Origin: Ophelia neglecta
Lineage: Eukaryota
DNA: 64,000 bases
NCBI GenBank assembly: GCA_965285935.1
Contig: OZ260664.1
Location: 66,898,001 to 66,962,000, forward strand
Direction of reading: 5' to 3'
The notes under the pieces were generated by a model, which did no database searches, was not told the DNA's origin, and was given only the letters and a program-made list of their open reading frames with translations. The position numbers and the translations under genes are program-made. Position 1 is the first letter of the stretch. Each line of letters starts with the position of its first letter. This document shows, piece after piece, positions 41,301 to 56,300 of this stretch.

Positions 41301-44300
41301 GACAATACCAACCAAAGACGAGTGATAATAGGAGAAGTATCTCTGAGACATCTCCACCTGTTTAGTCAGTTTAAGTCCCAGTTAATCAGCACCACCAGGT
41401 GACAGACAGTGCAGCCATCTTCTCATCTATCCCCCTGTAAACTTGACAGTGACGGGCAGGCCCAGTACCAACTCCTTGACACACCTTGGTACTGAGGTCA
41501 CCTTCAAAATCACAACCAGTCACAAGCCACCTTTCATACAAAAACCTCAAAGTTGTCTTAGTTCTTACTTGTATACCTGCCAGTTAAACCTGCTATTACT
41601 GAGGTGAAAATAGAAAAGTTGAATAATGTTCATCAGTAATGACAGACATTTACATTAGAAGAGACCCTGATTTCAACTTCTATATATGTTAATGCCTATT
41701 ATTACTAGATACTGATGGAAATCAACTACAGTTTCTTCAACCTGGTTGAACTAATTTGAACAATACCAAAATAATTACTTGTCATTCACAGCTACACTGA
41801 ATTTTAAATCAGGTGGAACTTTGCCAATGTTTCCATGAATATTGGTTCCTTTGCAAACCAACAAGAAGCATTCAGTGTTTCCACCTGACTATGTCTATGA
41901 AATGATCACATTGACAGCAGGACAATTCTGTCTGAGCAGGGCCCATTGTGCCCATTTGCTTGGACTAAGTCCATGATTATGCCAATTACAGGGGCCTTCT
42001 AGACTTGACTCTGGCCTACATCAGGCATGCATATCGTCCATTCTACCTCAATCCTAGTGGGATTGTCAGGGCCCAAATGGATTTTCACCTGGGCTTCCCG
42101 CACGGCCAATAGAGTGTATTATAAAGCCATTCCCTGTACATAAGCCTGCCATGAGAGTTTATAAACCACAACCTTAACAAATGTGAGAAGTATTTAAAGT
42201 ACATTCATAGCATATATAACAAACAGTGAATGAGACTCATTATCTACATCCCTGTATTGTGTAGACTACTGAATGGTCAAATATGGTCAAGTGGTAAATA
42301 TCACCCTTTCATGTAGGCGCACCAAGTCTGCTTTCATGGCTGATGCATTATTAACATTGATTTTCCTATGGAATGAAAACCCAATTTAAAATTTATGAGA
42401 ATGGCAATGTAGTCACTGTTTCAGGCTACTTCAGGCATACACTTAACAGAGAGACCGCCAAGTCAGTCAAAATTTTCACCTCTCATGCAGTCTAGTCATT
42501 ATGAACTGCACTCTATAATTTTGGCACCTTAATATAGGGACTATCAGCATTTTCAAAGATAATGAGGCTTTGGCCCCATACCTAAGTGGCATGGATACCG
42601 TTTTTATATTGCTTGAGTGAAGGGCGAAATTGCATAGATTCAAGTTTTCTTTCACCAGCAGGATATATGCATATGTATTTTTATTTTTCTAACATTCTAC
42701 ATGTATTTACACAACCCTCGTTTATTTCATTTGTGCCTAATGTTGCATGCACCAGACATGTTGGTTTTGTTAAACCGAACATTTTGCTTTTGTGCAGCCT
42801 TTTCAGGCAGGTATATTCCTACCTTGAAATTTCAACTTACACTTAGGACTTGCCCACCTAAGCCTTTGTGCATACAAATCCCATAACTTGTAAATGGCAC
42901 ATTCAGCTTCACCCAAGCTTTCAAAAAGGATTTGTACCATGGAGGTCAGGTCAGATTTGTATTGATTTATTCTTTCAACAATTCACTACCTCAGGAGCCA
43001 CAAAAACTAGTTGTCCCAGTAGCGTGCCAGGTACCATAACTTAAAATGCTTCCCGACAGGTGATTTTTTTCAATAAATGGAAAACCATGGAAGTTCAAAA
43101 TAATCTTGGAGAAAGGCAGGTCTTACTTTACCATTGTCACTAGAAACCAATAGCAAGGCATACATTCAATATTTGGAATACCTAATGGCTGAAAGGAACC
43201 TGTTGTGTTTGTAATGGACTAAATATTATAATACTACATAACACAACACACTGAATGCACTGTGTATGAAAGGCTTTAAGACAGACCTTAAACCCATAAA
43301 CAAATTCAATGTGGTAAAGAAATATTAATTCCCTTTCACCATGCCATGAGTGTATGGGATAATAAAATCTCAAATCCCAACACAGGGTATGTGCTCAGGT
43401 TAAACCACATACAATCAAAATGGCCTTTTCCTATATTTTCCTCTGGTACAAAGCCCTACAATCCATCCTATAAACAAGTGAACAAGAGGCTTTACTAAGC
43501 CTGCTATGGGCCTGAATACACTCTTAAGCTGTTCTAGTTGGTGGTACTCCAGAGCCAGCAAGGGTCAACGCCAGGTTCAAGCTGTCAAGAAATGTTTACC
43601 TAACGCGGACAGGTAAATCTTCCTACAGGAAAATATTTGACCATCAATCAATTTTCCATTGTTGGGGGACCAAAAAGCTTGCAGGTCCGTAACTTGGCAC
43701 TCTTATCAAGTTTAATGTTTCTGCCCACACCAAGTCACAGTTGACTCACATAATTTAGTTATATTCAAATATTGGTGAGAACGCTGGGAAGTGTAAACTT
43801 TAGGCAAAAGTTGTAAGCCGCAAGTAATTTGGGACTTTGTTGCTGTTGATTTAATTCAAGTATGCAGCCCAATAGTTATTTTCAATTTTTATAAAGAAGT
43901 AGATGTGATGATGTGGCAGACATAATTATTTTTTCTATTTTACTTCCTATTATTTGAGCATCAGTGCTCTTCAATGTGACAAAGGTTCTATTCAATGCTG
44001 ATGTCGTGTTTCATACAGACCACATGGGCTATCAAGGACATGTGCATTAAAAATATCTCCTTCAAAATATCAATTAGAATAAAACTAATCTCTCTCGGTT
44101 TGCAGCTAATTTGGAGGATTGTATTTGCGCCCACGACATGGCCTAGAGCTATAAAAAATATGGAAAATAGTGTCACACTGGGCTTCAAGCAAATCGCTGA
44201 AGCAGCTTGTCAATTAAATTAATTGAAATGACAGCATATGCCAACTACGTCTGGTTAAAGATAATAAATCCATACAGAGGCTAGACCACTCAATGGCACT

Positions 44301-47300
44301 TTTTTCCACAGTAGACTGGGAATTATAGCAATGTATCTTGAAGGTCTTGTTGAATGTTACAACCTTTTTAGGAACACAAAAAAATGTTTAAACCTTTCAG
44401 GTATCACTGTTTTAATCACCACACAGAAATTTTACAGCAATATTTGAAGGACAAGACTAAGTACATGGGATCTCTTATGATGCTGTTTTAAAGGGTGACT
44501 AATTTGGAACAAAAAGAGCAGCAAACCAATGGCAGTAAAATGTGTATGAAGACATCAAAGAATTGTGTCTAAAGGGCCATAAAAAAGGACTACCCTTGTC
44601 ATAAAATGAGTTGGCTGTTATGTGGTAGAAATGTACAAGGTTTATAAGCCTAACATATTTGCCCATATGGTATAATAATAGGTATGCTTTCCAAGGAAAT
44701 TTCCATTCTTACATTCTTTAATAAATCAAGGTGCCAGCAAACTGTAGATAAGATGACATATCCTGTTCCCATCACATTGACTGTGGTTAATTTACTGGTA
44801 CTATAAAATACTTAAAATGACAAAGTAAACAAGCTGTAGTAATTTATCAATATTAAAACTACAGCGTGGTATAAAGATGGCGAATGTAGGTAAGAAAAGT
44901 TAGTCACATAATGGTAAACTTGTATCTACCATGTTATATCTTTGTTAATGAAATACACCCACATCATTCTGTGGTCAAATTATGACCAGGAATACCCTCT
45001 ACTTTTATTTGTTGTATTCAGTATAAGTCACATATAATACCGACTCCATGTTTAATAATGTTCTGTCCAGATTATTAACTTTCTTGTGTACCCGAGGAGT
45101 TTGCCTGTGCGATTAAGGTGGACTTCTAACACCAGTGTGAAAATCAGATAACTGGATAATATATGCAGGGTCAGCCAGCACAATACCCAGACTGTGGGGC
45201 CTGCTGCTGGAAGCTAACCCGGATATTGTCCTTGGTGTCAGCTAGGTAAACTTGGCCAGGGGCTGACAGATCAATGGTGCTATTCAATGGATGGACATGG
45301 AGACATTGATCAGTTGGGGTCTATTCAGACTCCATTCAGAGCATCAGCTATGTTAAAAAAGGTTAAAAAAGTAGTATGATAGTGTAATTACACACATACT
45401 GAATTTTCTTCTTTAATCAAATTGTACTCTGCATCTCTGACAAACATCATTAGAAGTTTTGATTTTTAAAACTGATACAACTGTTGTAAGTTTTACTAAT
45501 CGGACAATTATACAATAATTGTCAAACTACCTTTAATAAACCAAAAATGAGTATATTACAGTGGCTGAACATTGATGGGTGCTATATTTTGTTTAACTGA
45601 CAAATTACAGTGCCCAGTGTTAATTTCCTTTGAGTTCCATTCAGGGTACAGTTGATTCCCTGAGATACTGCCATATAAAGAGTGAGAGAGATCCAGAGAC
45701 TGTCACCTACTTATGCACATAGTCACCTACTAACACACAAACACATACCAGTCTGAGGCAGTAGGACTGATCAGCCGCCTTAGCAACAGAAAGGCCATAT
45801 ATATTGAATACAATTCACCTGTCTACCTGACAGAAAACAGGATTAGTGTCACTAAATATGGTACCATAAACCATCAAGTGTTCACCTCATTAGATACACA
45901 ACTCATCCCTATGGTCAGGTAAATGACACTGTTTGCCTATTACCAGATTACTAAAGGTGCCTCAAATCACATTCAAATACACCTTGTACCTGTTCATCAC
46001 TTATCATGAATGTTTTAATGAGTAAGATCCCAAATTAATAGATGGCAAACAGTTTACTACACTCACCCTAACTTCAATTTACATACTCAAAGCCTGATTT
46101 AACCACCTGATAAAAACTACAAATTATACTTCTGTCAGTTAATTCCCATGCTCTTCGAAAACCAAAAGCACCGAAATTGGATGCTGAACTCTGTACACGA
46201 ATTCCATCACAGAACAGCCTGCAGTTAGTTTCAATAAACAATGCATTGCCCTGAAGACAATCTGATAAGACTTACTTGGTCTGGGTAAAAAGGAAATAAG
46301 TTTAAATTGGTTCTAACACCATTACATATTCAAATGGAAATAATTGCACAGTTTGACTATTTATTACCAAATATTCAGAGTTCTGCAACATGAATTAATT
46401 TTCATCTCTATACTAGCATTTCAAATACTTCACATATTAAATTTAAGCAAGACTACTGATAATGTTTGTAATTCATAGTATTATGAATATATATGTTATT
46501 CAATTTTGGCAACTGATTTTCATAACTGTCCCTTTTTTTTCAATGTGATTTACCTGAAGCAAGGCTGTTTTGGCAGGCATACTGAAGAACAAGAGCTAAA
46601 TGGATTGTTCAGATTTTAGGATAAGACTCTTTTTAAGCAACCAATGGAATGTGTGCCGATAAGTTTATAACATTCAAGGCCACACCGTACATACATACAA
46701 TATTCTGGGAATTTAGTATTATTATCAATTGACAATATCTGCAATAGTCAAAGCAACATGTCATCAAGGTATATGAACATGTATTTTTAATGCCTGGCTG
46801 ACTGGTCATGCCTATTTAGACAGGTTAGAGATGTACTTGTTGATCCCTACCTTCAGGCTGGGGCTGCCTGCTTGACTGTTAACTGTACAGTAGCAAGTAA
46901 AAGAAAACTTCCTTTGATACAGACAAAACTCCTCAATATATGCGAGATATGTCGCTAGGTTAAAAGTTTCTGAGACAGTTTTGTCATGCATAACTTGGAT
47001 ACTTGCCTTCAAACAACCACAAGAAAAGGCAAGAAATTGTCGACCACTCCAAGTCAACCACTCTGAGTCGATGATATGAAGGATCAGCGTACATTAATGA
47101 CACTTAATGTGTCCTTAAAAACTGTAGAAATCAAGCAATTGAGCAAATAACTATCACAGAAAGGGCATGCCCAATGTTTTTCAGTAGATAAATCACTTGA
47201 CTCTTTGACCTCACCTAGCTCACTAAACACATCTCTGGGAGCTATCCAATGCAAATAGAGATTGATGCATTTGTGAAACACTGGCCAAGAGTCCTTTTAC

Positions 47301-50300
47301 AATTTCATTAAAAAGATGAAAGTTCCTACTTGTGGCTGACAAAATAAATTGAATATTGAACAGCACATATATACAGATTGACACTCTCACTGTTTGACAT
47401 ACAGTTAACCTCTTTCTGCATGCCATCACCTTGATCTAATGTACTTTGTTACCAAGTTGAATGGTTAGTATTTCAAGCCTCAAACAAAGCTACAAAAATG
47501 AGAGGTTTTTTTCTCCAATATAGTATGTAGGGATGCACCATGTATGACAATAATGCGTTTTTTATCCAATATAGTAAGTAGGGATACATGATATACATGT
47601 ATGCTATGCCTAATGCTAGGCCTTACTTCTAAAATCAGACAGTGTACCCATGTGATAAGTCTCCTGGAAACATTAACAGGTAAAAGGGTGAAAAGCCCAT
47701 ACATCTCACGGTGAATGGCAGAGAACCAAAAGACTCAATTAAATGTTTAATTCCAATGTTTTCTTTTATATCAAAACAGGTCATATATGTTCCAGTGACC
47801 CTTGAGGTCATATTGTTTTTCTATGAAGGCTGCAAAATATGACCCAAACTAGATTTTGGCATGTATTCTAGGTGCCCAAAAAACTAAATAAAAATCTGCA
47901 AGGGTCTTCTCTTCGTCGTGTGACAATGGGAACTGACTGCCAGACCCTGGTTGCGGTTCCATGAAAAACAAGATGTTCCCCACCTGTATATATGGCACAC
48001 ACCACGGACAGGGGGGGGGGGGGGGCGGATGTAATTATTCTGGTTTGATCTGATATCTAATCAGATTTTGTGTGTACACCAGGTGAGTCATAAAGAGCAT
48101 CCATCATCTAATAAGCTGACAGGTACCACATGTCAGTTACATAATGTAGTCATTTGGATCAATTTCAAAGGACCAGACATTCATACTTCCCGAACCATCA
48201 TGATATCACAAGGCTGAACTGACCTCCCAACATGAAAAGTACTTCAAGAGAAGGCTGGAGTTTTGGTGAAGTAACTACATCTCATGTTAGACACAATAAA
48301 CTACAAACTGAATAATATGCTGCTAAACATCAAAGGTTAAATTTGACATAACCAATGTTCTGCCAATCACTCAGTTTAATAGGCACTGCAAGTTTTTCCT
48401 GCATATTGGGCAGTCTTCCAAGGGAATGGTTTTATTCATACCTCTAATTTAAACTGAGCTTTTATTTTTTGAATACTTACATAGCAAATGAAACAAAGCA
48501 GCAGTTTAAACTAGTATGACAGACAAGAGTTCGAAACATCCACCGATACAGCAATTGTTATTTTGAAAAAGTAGATTGGTATTGCATGTCTTTGTGTGAG
48601 TTAGTCTCTACCCTTCAGGTCTCAATATACCCTGATACATAGAAAGGTGTGAATTAATTCATTGTCCACTAAACAATTCCCCCTCATATCCAGAGCTGTT
48701 TCACAGCAGGACTTAAACACCTACATGCAACCATGCAATTTCACTTGTACCAAAAAGTTAACTGGCTCTTATTAAAGTGAAATTGTGCATGTTGGAATTT
48801 TAGCTAGCCAGACAAGCATTTCTTCTAGGTATTATGGTTATCATAGAAAATATTTTGTTTAGAATCAACTCTCAATTGATATAACTTTAATTTGCACAGT
48901 TTTATGAAAATAAGACATTGAAAATATATAGTGAACATATATCATGCCTCGGGTGAGATGTAAACATTAATACCTCCATAATAGTATCAGATATCATAAA
49001 CACATAAAACCAATTCTATCACTTAAACATGCTACTTTAGCAAACCACTTTTGTGTAACCATGTTGCTTGTGTAATTCTTGGTGCATTCCATTTACTGCT
49101 AGATAACTGCAGAGAACTGTGGGTTAAAGTCACAGAAAACTTCAAATCAGGCCAGGTGAGGTGGCAGTCAAGTGGCAGGAGTGTGCCTTACTGATTATTT
49201 CACACTACATTTTCACACACACTGCAACTTGTTACCAAGTGGTAAAGTACTAATATTTCCTTATCGGACCTGGGAATTTCAGAAAGACTACATCCATTTC
49301 ACACGTTAATCCCTTTTCCCATATCTAATAGAAAGTATCGAGATTTATCACTCACACAAAAATGCACTGTTTGTTAAAATGTTATGCAGAGACCATGTTG
49401 CTAATCTAAAACTTGACTATATACAACCCTGTCTCTGAATAATTATATTTACATACCAAAAATTGTTATAGGTTAGGGGACAACATTACTTACAAAAACA
49501 TGCATAGACCATGTATATGTAACAATGAACAGACTCGAAAACTAAATAAACACAGAATTTTCACAAACTAGTGTACTAGGCCCTCAAACTCTACTTGGTT
49601 CTTTAACAAGTTTTTCTTTTCTACAAGTTTTTGACTGAGAGAAGCACTGTCCTTAACCACAGAGTTTTACTGGGACTAGTGAGGACGGATCATACAATTT
49701 GTTTTAATTCTTATTTTATAGCATATCATGATACATCATGCACTGCAAACATGTAATTATAGGTTCATTTACCTACAAGGTGACGGTTTGCATAATGTTC
49801 GTTTAATATAACTTATTTAAACGGGGCAAGACCCTATAACCCAGAAGGCCAAACACCTCATGGAAACTGTGGGTTTTTTTCACACTGCATCAAACACTAG
49901 GGCTGCAGATGGTTATCATGTAAAATCAACAGATAAGTCATCTGAGATGACAGTTGTTGAAAAATTAAATTTCCTTGCTTTTAATTCATTGTATTTAATG
50001 TGCATGCAGGCATGCAATCCCTTCTCATTTTTAATAAGATTGTGAGATATCATTGGCAACAGAAGGCGCATACCATTCATAATAATGAAACCTTCCGTGG
50101 CAAAAAAAAACATTATAAACTAATGACATATTGGAAATTATATACTGCAAGTTTTGTCTAGGTATGAAGACATGTCTATTACTGTGATAAAAAAAACTTG
50201 GTTTTACATACAGACTAGACATTTAATTTTAACAGAAAGCTGTTCCTATTACATTTGCCACTGATACACAGACATTGATCTAAAACATATCCAGTTCCCT

Positions 50301-53300
50301 GAGATCCCATTGATTGTGCATCCAGGCCTGCACATTGCATAATGATGATAAATGTACCCTGATCTCTTAACATGATGAAAGAGTTTTACCTTAAGCACCA
50401 GGTGGCCTCAGCTTCTCAAGATGCACCAATGGCTCTTCAATTATGCTCTCAATTGATACAAGTCTAAGCAACAAGTCATACATCTTAAATTTATGACTGT
50501 TATTTTTCAATATGTTACATATATCACATGGCGGTAATGGGTGGCCCCCCAGTCTTGGCCGATTTAACAGGACAATAGACAGAAACAGCTGGCAAACTTT
50601 TACTACTTAAGGTAAAAGTGGCAAAGTGATTAATATCTAGCCAGCATAAAATAAAACCATGACAGACATCTAAATAGAAACATGAGGGGATTTGACAAGG
50701 CTCAGTATGATTTATTAGTTCAATATTTGTTCCAATGACAATACATATAGTCGTATTAGAGTCTGGGATATTTCCCAGGTATATTGCCAACAATCGTCAA
50801 CTAATTTGCTGAAATCTTACAGCCCACTCATTTTCACAGATGATTCAATTGGTATGTAACATATAAATTGTTTCATTTCATGTCCACTGCACATTAGCAC
50901 CAACTTTACAGATTTTATGAGATGGGATATCAATGGGAGGGATTTCCTCCTTTCACTTCCTCCAATACACACTTTCTAAGCAACCACTGAAGTTACGAAA
51001 ATCACCAGACATCCATAGCCAAAACAACCATGTCACATTTTATATTGGAGCACAACACAACCATTTAAGTTTTATGACCATACTTGTTTGATGGGCGGCT
51101 ATGTGACAAGAGCAAAGACATAATATCAACCTATATACTCCAGTTATATCAAGACACGAGTTCATGATCAGCATTACAATAATAAATCATAATTGTGTCC
51201 ATGTGTTCCTGTCCATAGATGAATGCTACCCAACACCAACATATTGTCCACAGGCCTGGCATACATACATCATAATTATAATTACAAACTATGACTGAAA
51301 ATTACTTAATTAGCTAAATTCACATTGACCCCTCCTGGTGCACACCTTGGATCTGGCCCTATTACAGCCAATTAGCTTCACCTGCCACCTTGCTACTAAA
51401 CCAATAGCATCCCACAATCAATTTAACCCCACGTTTAATTGTAGCCAAACGCCCAGCAGGCTGTTCATATTTGAAACTTATTTCCTTGCATGTGTACACA
51501 AGGTCAGCGGGAACGATGGGTCATTTCATCAGCCATAGCTTACCTGTAAATTGTAACTTAATTCATGACAATGGTACATTGTTTGACCACCAGCACATGA
51601 CTCTTCTCATAGGTGGACAATGTTGGGATTAAGCACCACAGACAGCATTCCAAGTATGTGCCACCATAACCCATGACTGAGAAATACAATGTAAATCTTC
51701 TATAGTTTTGGCTCTTTCCAGATTATATCAAAGAGAACTGCTGTAGAAATTCACACACTACAAATACTGAGTATTGGTATGTCTTGAATATAGATACCTT
51801 CATGTAAATAAATGTTTGAGGTCTCTTCAAGTACAGGCATGTACTCATGTAATCATATAGGTGTATAGCACAGATGAGATTTTGTGATATGAACTCTCTT
51901 CTAAGTTAAACCAGAATACTGAAATGTCTTGAACCTGATATTTAGAGGGGTATATAAACTTGATTTGGAGTCTAGGACATCCTGAGGGTCAACACCCCCT
52001 GAAACCAGAGTAGTGAGATGTACTCTTTCAATTTTTGATTCAAATGGCCCATGAAATAAGCTCTACACTTATCAGAAAATGTCAAGTAAGGCTCTGCTGT
52101 TTATTTCTCAGGGTAATTAAATCTGTATCATGTAGTTTACTTGGCTGTTCATTTTGCTGCTGGAGGTAATTTAATGTCAATTATAAAAGAGGACAAACCT
52201 AGCAGCACTAATGAAAACATACTGAGAAAATATTAAATGCTGTAGATGTGACAATTAAAGCCCAAATTTACTACAGCACTTCATTGTTACTCATTTATAC
52301 AGTATTCTGTTTAGATGTGTGTAAAAGTGTGCCTATCTTATATCGCATAAAACCCAGACAATAACGGCATATATAACATTAGAATGGCGGTCTTTCCTGA
52401 ATAAAATCTCCTCTGCATCCCTTGCCATAAAGCGTTCCATCTCGTGTTTCAGCCATGCATGAAGTAACACTTTTTCATAGTAGCGAGTGTGGTTTTTTTA
52501 ACATGGCCCACAGAATATAGTGTATTTTGTTTCAAACCTGTTCAGAGTAGACAAAGTCTGGTGGAAATAATTGGCTGACATCACATGTAGTACTGAATGA
52601 GACCAAGACCTGCTGCATAGTATGCAGTCACAAGTTTTCAGGTGTAGAAAAGTTGGTAACTCAATATTACATTGTCTACCAGACATTTAGACTGTGGAAA
52701 AAATGTATATAACAGAACTGTTTATAGCTTTCTGAAACCAAGGATAATTCAGAATGCCAAATCATTTAGGACAGGCAGCCTAAAAACTATAGCATTAGAC
52801 ATATTCAAAGTAAAATGCTATAGTGTAAATGTCATCATTTTAGTAACTTCATGCAGGGAGAATGTGAACTTTATCTGGTAGTCATTTAGCAAAGCAGCAC
52901 CATGTACACCTTTTGCACCAATCTGAGATTGAGATATAAAACAGAAAGACATACAGGACTGTTTTTTCGAGACAAATTGAATGTCACCGTCTACCTGTGC
53001 CGATGCCCTTTAAATATGGTCGAGTCAGGTAAAAGTCTATTCTCGACACACAATTTAAGTCAAAGTCAATATTGGTTCTACATTTTGGACACACAACTTC
53101 CCCTTGGTGTTTATAGGTGTAGGACAGGAAGAAAGTTTGTAAAGTAAATATGTAAGAAATTTCTAGCCATGGGTCTCGGCCCTCCAAGTCTGTGTAACAT
53201 TGGTATTCTGTATAATGAGTGTACAGATATTGGCACATTATACTGTTTGGATCAGGAAAAGAAGGGTCATATCTAGTTTACACATGCCCAGACTTATTTT

Positions 53301-56300
53301 CAGTGACCATGTTCTGATGAAACAAACAGACAAGGTATGACAACCTAATGCCTCAAAGAAATAACATGTAAATAAACATGTAATATTAGTACTGATGACT
53401 TGTTTAATACTTACTTATGTTCAAACAAGTGTCTGAATAATGAACCAATAATATGTCCTAAGGCCAGCAACATAAGAACCTTCTAAACTGTTAAACTATT
53501 TGTTAATATTTTATTTTATTACACACAAAAATACATAACAAGAACTGTTAGAACTGTTATATATGTACATGTATAATAAATATTCTGTTGAAATCTTGTG
53601 GAAAGAAAATCAAGAAAAGATATCTGAAATCCCCTGGGCCTCATGGAAATTAACAACTAAATATGATACCCTGACCCTTTCATTAAGGCTATAATTGAAA
53701 CAATGGAGTGAATTACTGAGATAATTAGGACTGTTATGTAATAGGGATTTATTAGGTTTGCTTTTGAAATTAACACTCAAATACCAGAATGGAGGAAAGA
53801 AGATGTTTAAACACCTGCCTAGTGGGAATTAGACTTGGCACAGGCCAATTTATTGTCCATAATGAGACAATTAATGATGACAAAATCAAGAAGTATGAAA
53901 TGAACCTTATACTTTATTATGACAGGTGCTCATTCTTTTGCTGGCTGTTGTTGGTAACAGTTGTGTAAAAAAATAAAGCAGTAGTCAAGGAAAATGATTT
54001 TTAATACTAGTATAATTTATCCCTACACTTGTAGGATTGTAAATCATCCCAATTTGACAAAACACTAATATCAATTGAGTAGCTTTGGTTAATGCAGTGA
54101 ACGAACAGACACACACACATAACCACCCATACCCATGTATATATACATATTATATCACAGCATGGTTTATTACAAAGCTAACTTGTCTGCTTAATAAAGA
54201 ATATTAAACCGCTCAAAATGATAGGAGCATATATTTTAAACCGCTATCAAAATTAGTATACAAGCTTACCACCTCATAGTAGGTAATATTTAGTATAATC
54301 ATTGCAATATGTGTATGGCGAGTAACTGTTTAAACAGGCGCAACAAAATGAAAATAATAGGAAAGCCCCTGCATGTGTCTATTGTAAGTAATTGCCCTGC
54401 AGGTGTTGTCGGGCTTTGGTGTGCTTACCTGCATGTATTGACTGTACTGCCCTGGTAAGTATAGATTATGTGTGCTGGATGCAGGAATAAAAACTGGACC
54501 ACCAATTTAAGGGCGGCTTGGGAGATAAAGATATGCTTGGTGTATATGAAGAAGGTCCAGATTGCCCTTGGACATGTAGCTACAACTTATCTCTTTTATT
54601 TAGAGTGTTGAGATTGTACATAATGCTGGTTCTTAGTAAAAGTTTACTGCTTCATAAACACCCTATTGGTGTTTTTGAAAGTCATAATTTGAAACATTTA
54701 TATATCCAAAATATTGTCAATGACCTTGTGATTTTCCTCCATGGAGAATAATTTTAGTTTAAATTAATATATCAAAAAAGAAAAGAACCATACATTTAGG
54801 CCAAAAAATGCACACTATCTTTTGAGGTATTTCTAAATTACTGCGATATAACTACAAGAACCTCAAGTTACAGCACCTTTAACTAGTAATGTCATGGCAA
54901 ATCAACTGAGAAATACTTGTAACAAAGGGGGTTCTTTTCTTTGCCCATATTTAGCTCTATTTCCCCATCACTTAGGAAATCCTCACTAAACGTTCAAGAA
55001 CACTCCAAACAATTTGGTAATCCATTCAAAGGGGTTAAATCCCTTACGAAAATATTCCTCAGAAACAGGCCTAGACAGAAGGGGCCAATAGAGGGATAAA
55101 CTTAAATCAACCCTTACATATGGATTGGCATGTTTGAAAGGTTATTGGATAATTCATTTATTAATCAACTTAATATAACTAGCAGACTTTTAAACTGAAT
55201 GCTAAGTGTAATACCAAATACTATTTAAGATGATTTTCCCTGCCAAAATAACACTGAAGCCATTGATTTTAATTTTTGGGCACAACTTCAAAAACAAATT
55301 TGGTAATGGTTAAAAATATAGGTCTCACAATCTAGTGAAAAATATAAAATCACAACAAGATTACTTGCAACATGAACCTGAATCTTATTCCTTGCCTACT
55401 AATTTCTCATAAAAAGAATTGCTCCATTGTAACTTTTATGAAATATGTAATACATTAATTCAATAAATGAGTAGGAATGTACCATTCCAATACATGATCA
55501 TTAGCTCTGAAGTACCTGAAATGAATCATGATTTTATTTGCCTGATTCTGGATGCACTTAGATTTCAATGAAATCACTAGAAACCCTTCAACTTAGACGG
55601 TCTTATCACCAATCAACACAGGGGGTACTGTTAAGATCCAGTAACAAGAGAGTGGGCTTTATTTCAGTGCCATTTTTTGTTGGCGCATAAAATTATTATA
55701 TTGCTGGGTAAGAGAGACAATTATAAGGCCTTCTGTATAAATGGAAATATGTGTGCTGCACCTTAGAAATAGACAAGACAAGGAGGGGAGCAAGGCCCTT
55801 CTCCAAAGAGCTTGTAAGACCTTCATCCTAATGCTCACAAAGGCACACTATGAACACCAAAGGGGTCAGCGCATCTGAAAGCAAAGTCTGTTCACTATGT
55901 GCTTCAATACAGTGAAAAGCATGCACTGCTAAAATACTTCTAAAACACACAGTTGACAATGGCGAGAACACAGGCTGAATAGAGCTCCCAAATTATGGCT
56001 GGTCACGGCTCAGTTGGCCTGGGTAATGCGAGACGGAAAGAGACGGGGCTTGCAGGGCTGGCGGCAGGCTAAGGCACAGTACACTTCATAGCCATACAGC
56101 CAAGTCCACAGGTAGGCTTTGAACACCAGACACGAAATACATTCTGTTTTATAGCAAGTCCCCTAGGGAGAAGGCCCAAATGGAGGCCGATCTGAGCCAC
56201 TGATATTAATGGCAGACAGCCCAGATCATTCAATTCCATGTTCTTTCAGTCATTTGCGTGCAGAATGTCCATAAACAGAATCGATAGATATCCTGATGCC

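Noticed and set aside
43660-43675. miR-133-like sequence (TTTGGTCCCC on the minus strand)
   Set aside because: Only 10 nt match and no precursor hairpin.
17397-47590. Small duplicated motifs (17397 vs 18802 gcctgga.ggtttgc.aga.catttt; 47513 vs 47565 tccaatatagta.gtagggat)
   Set aside because: Real, but only 20-30 bp; most likely repeat debris or local slippage with no functional signal.
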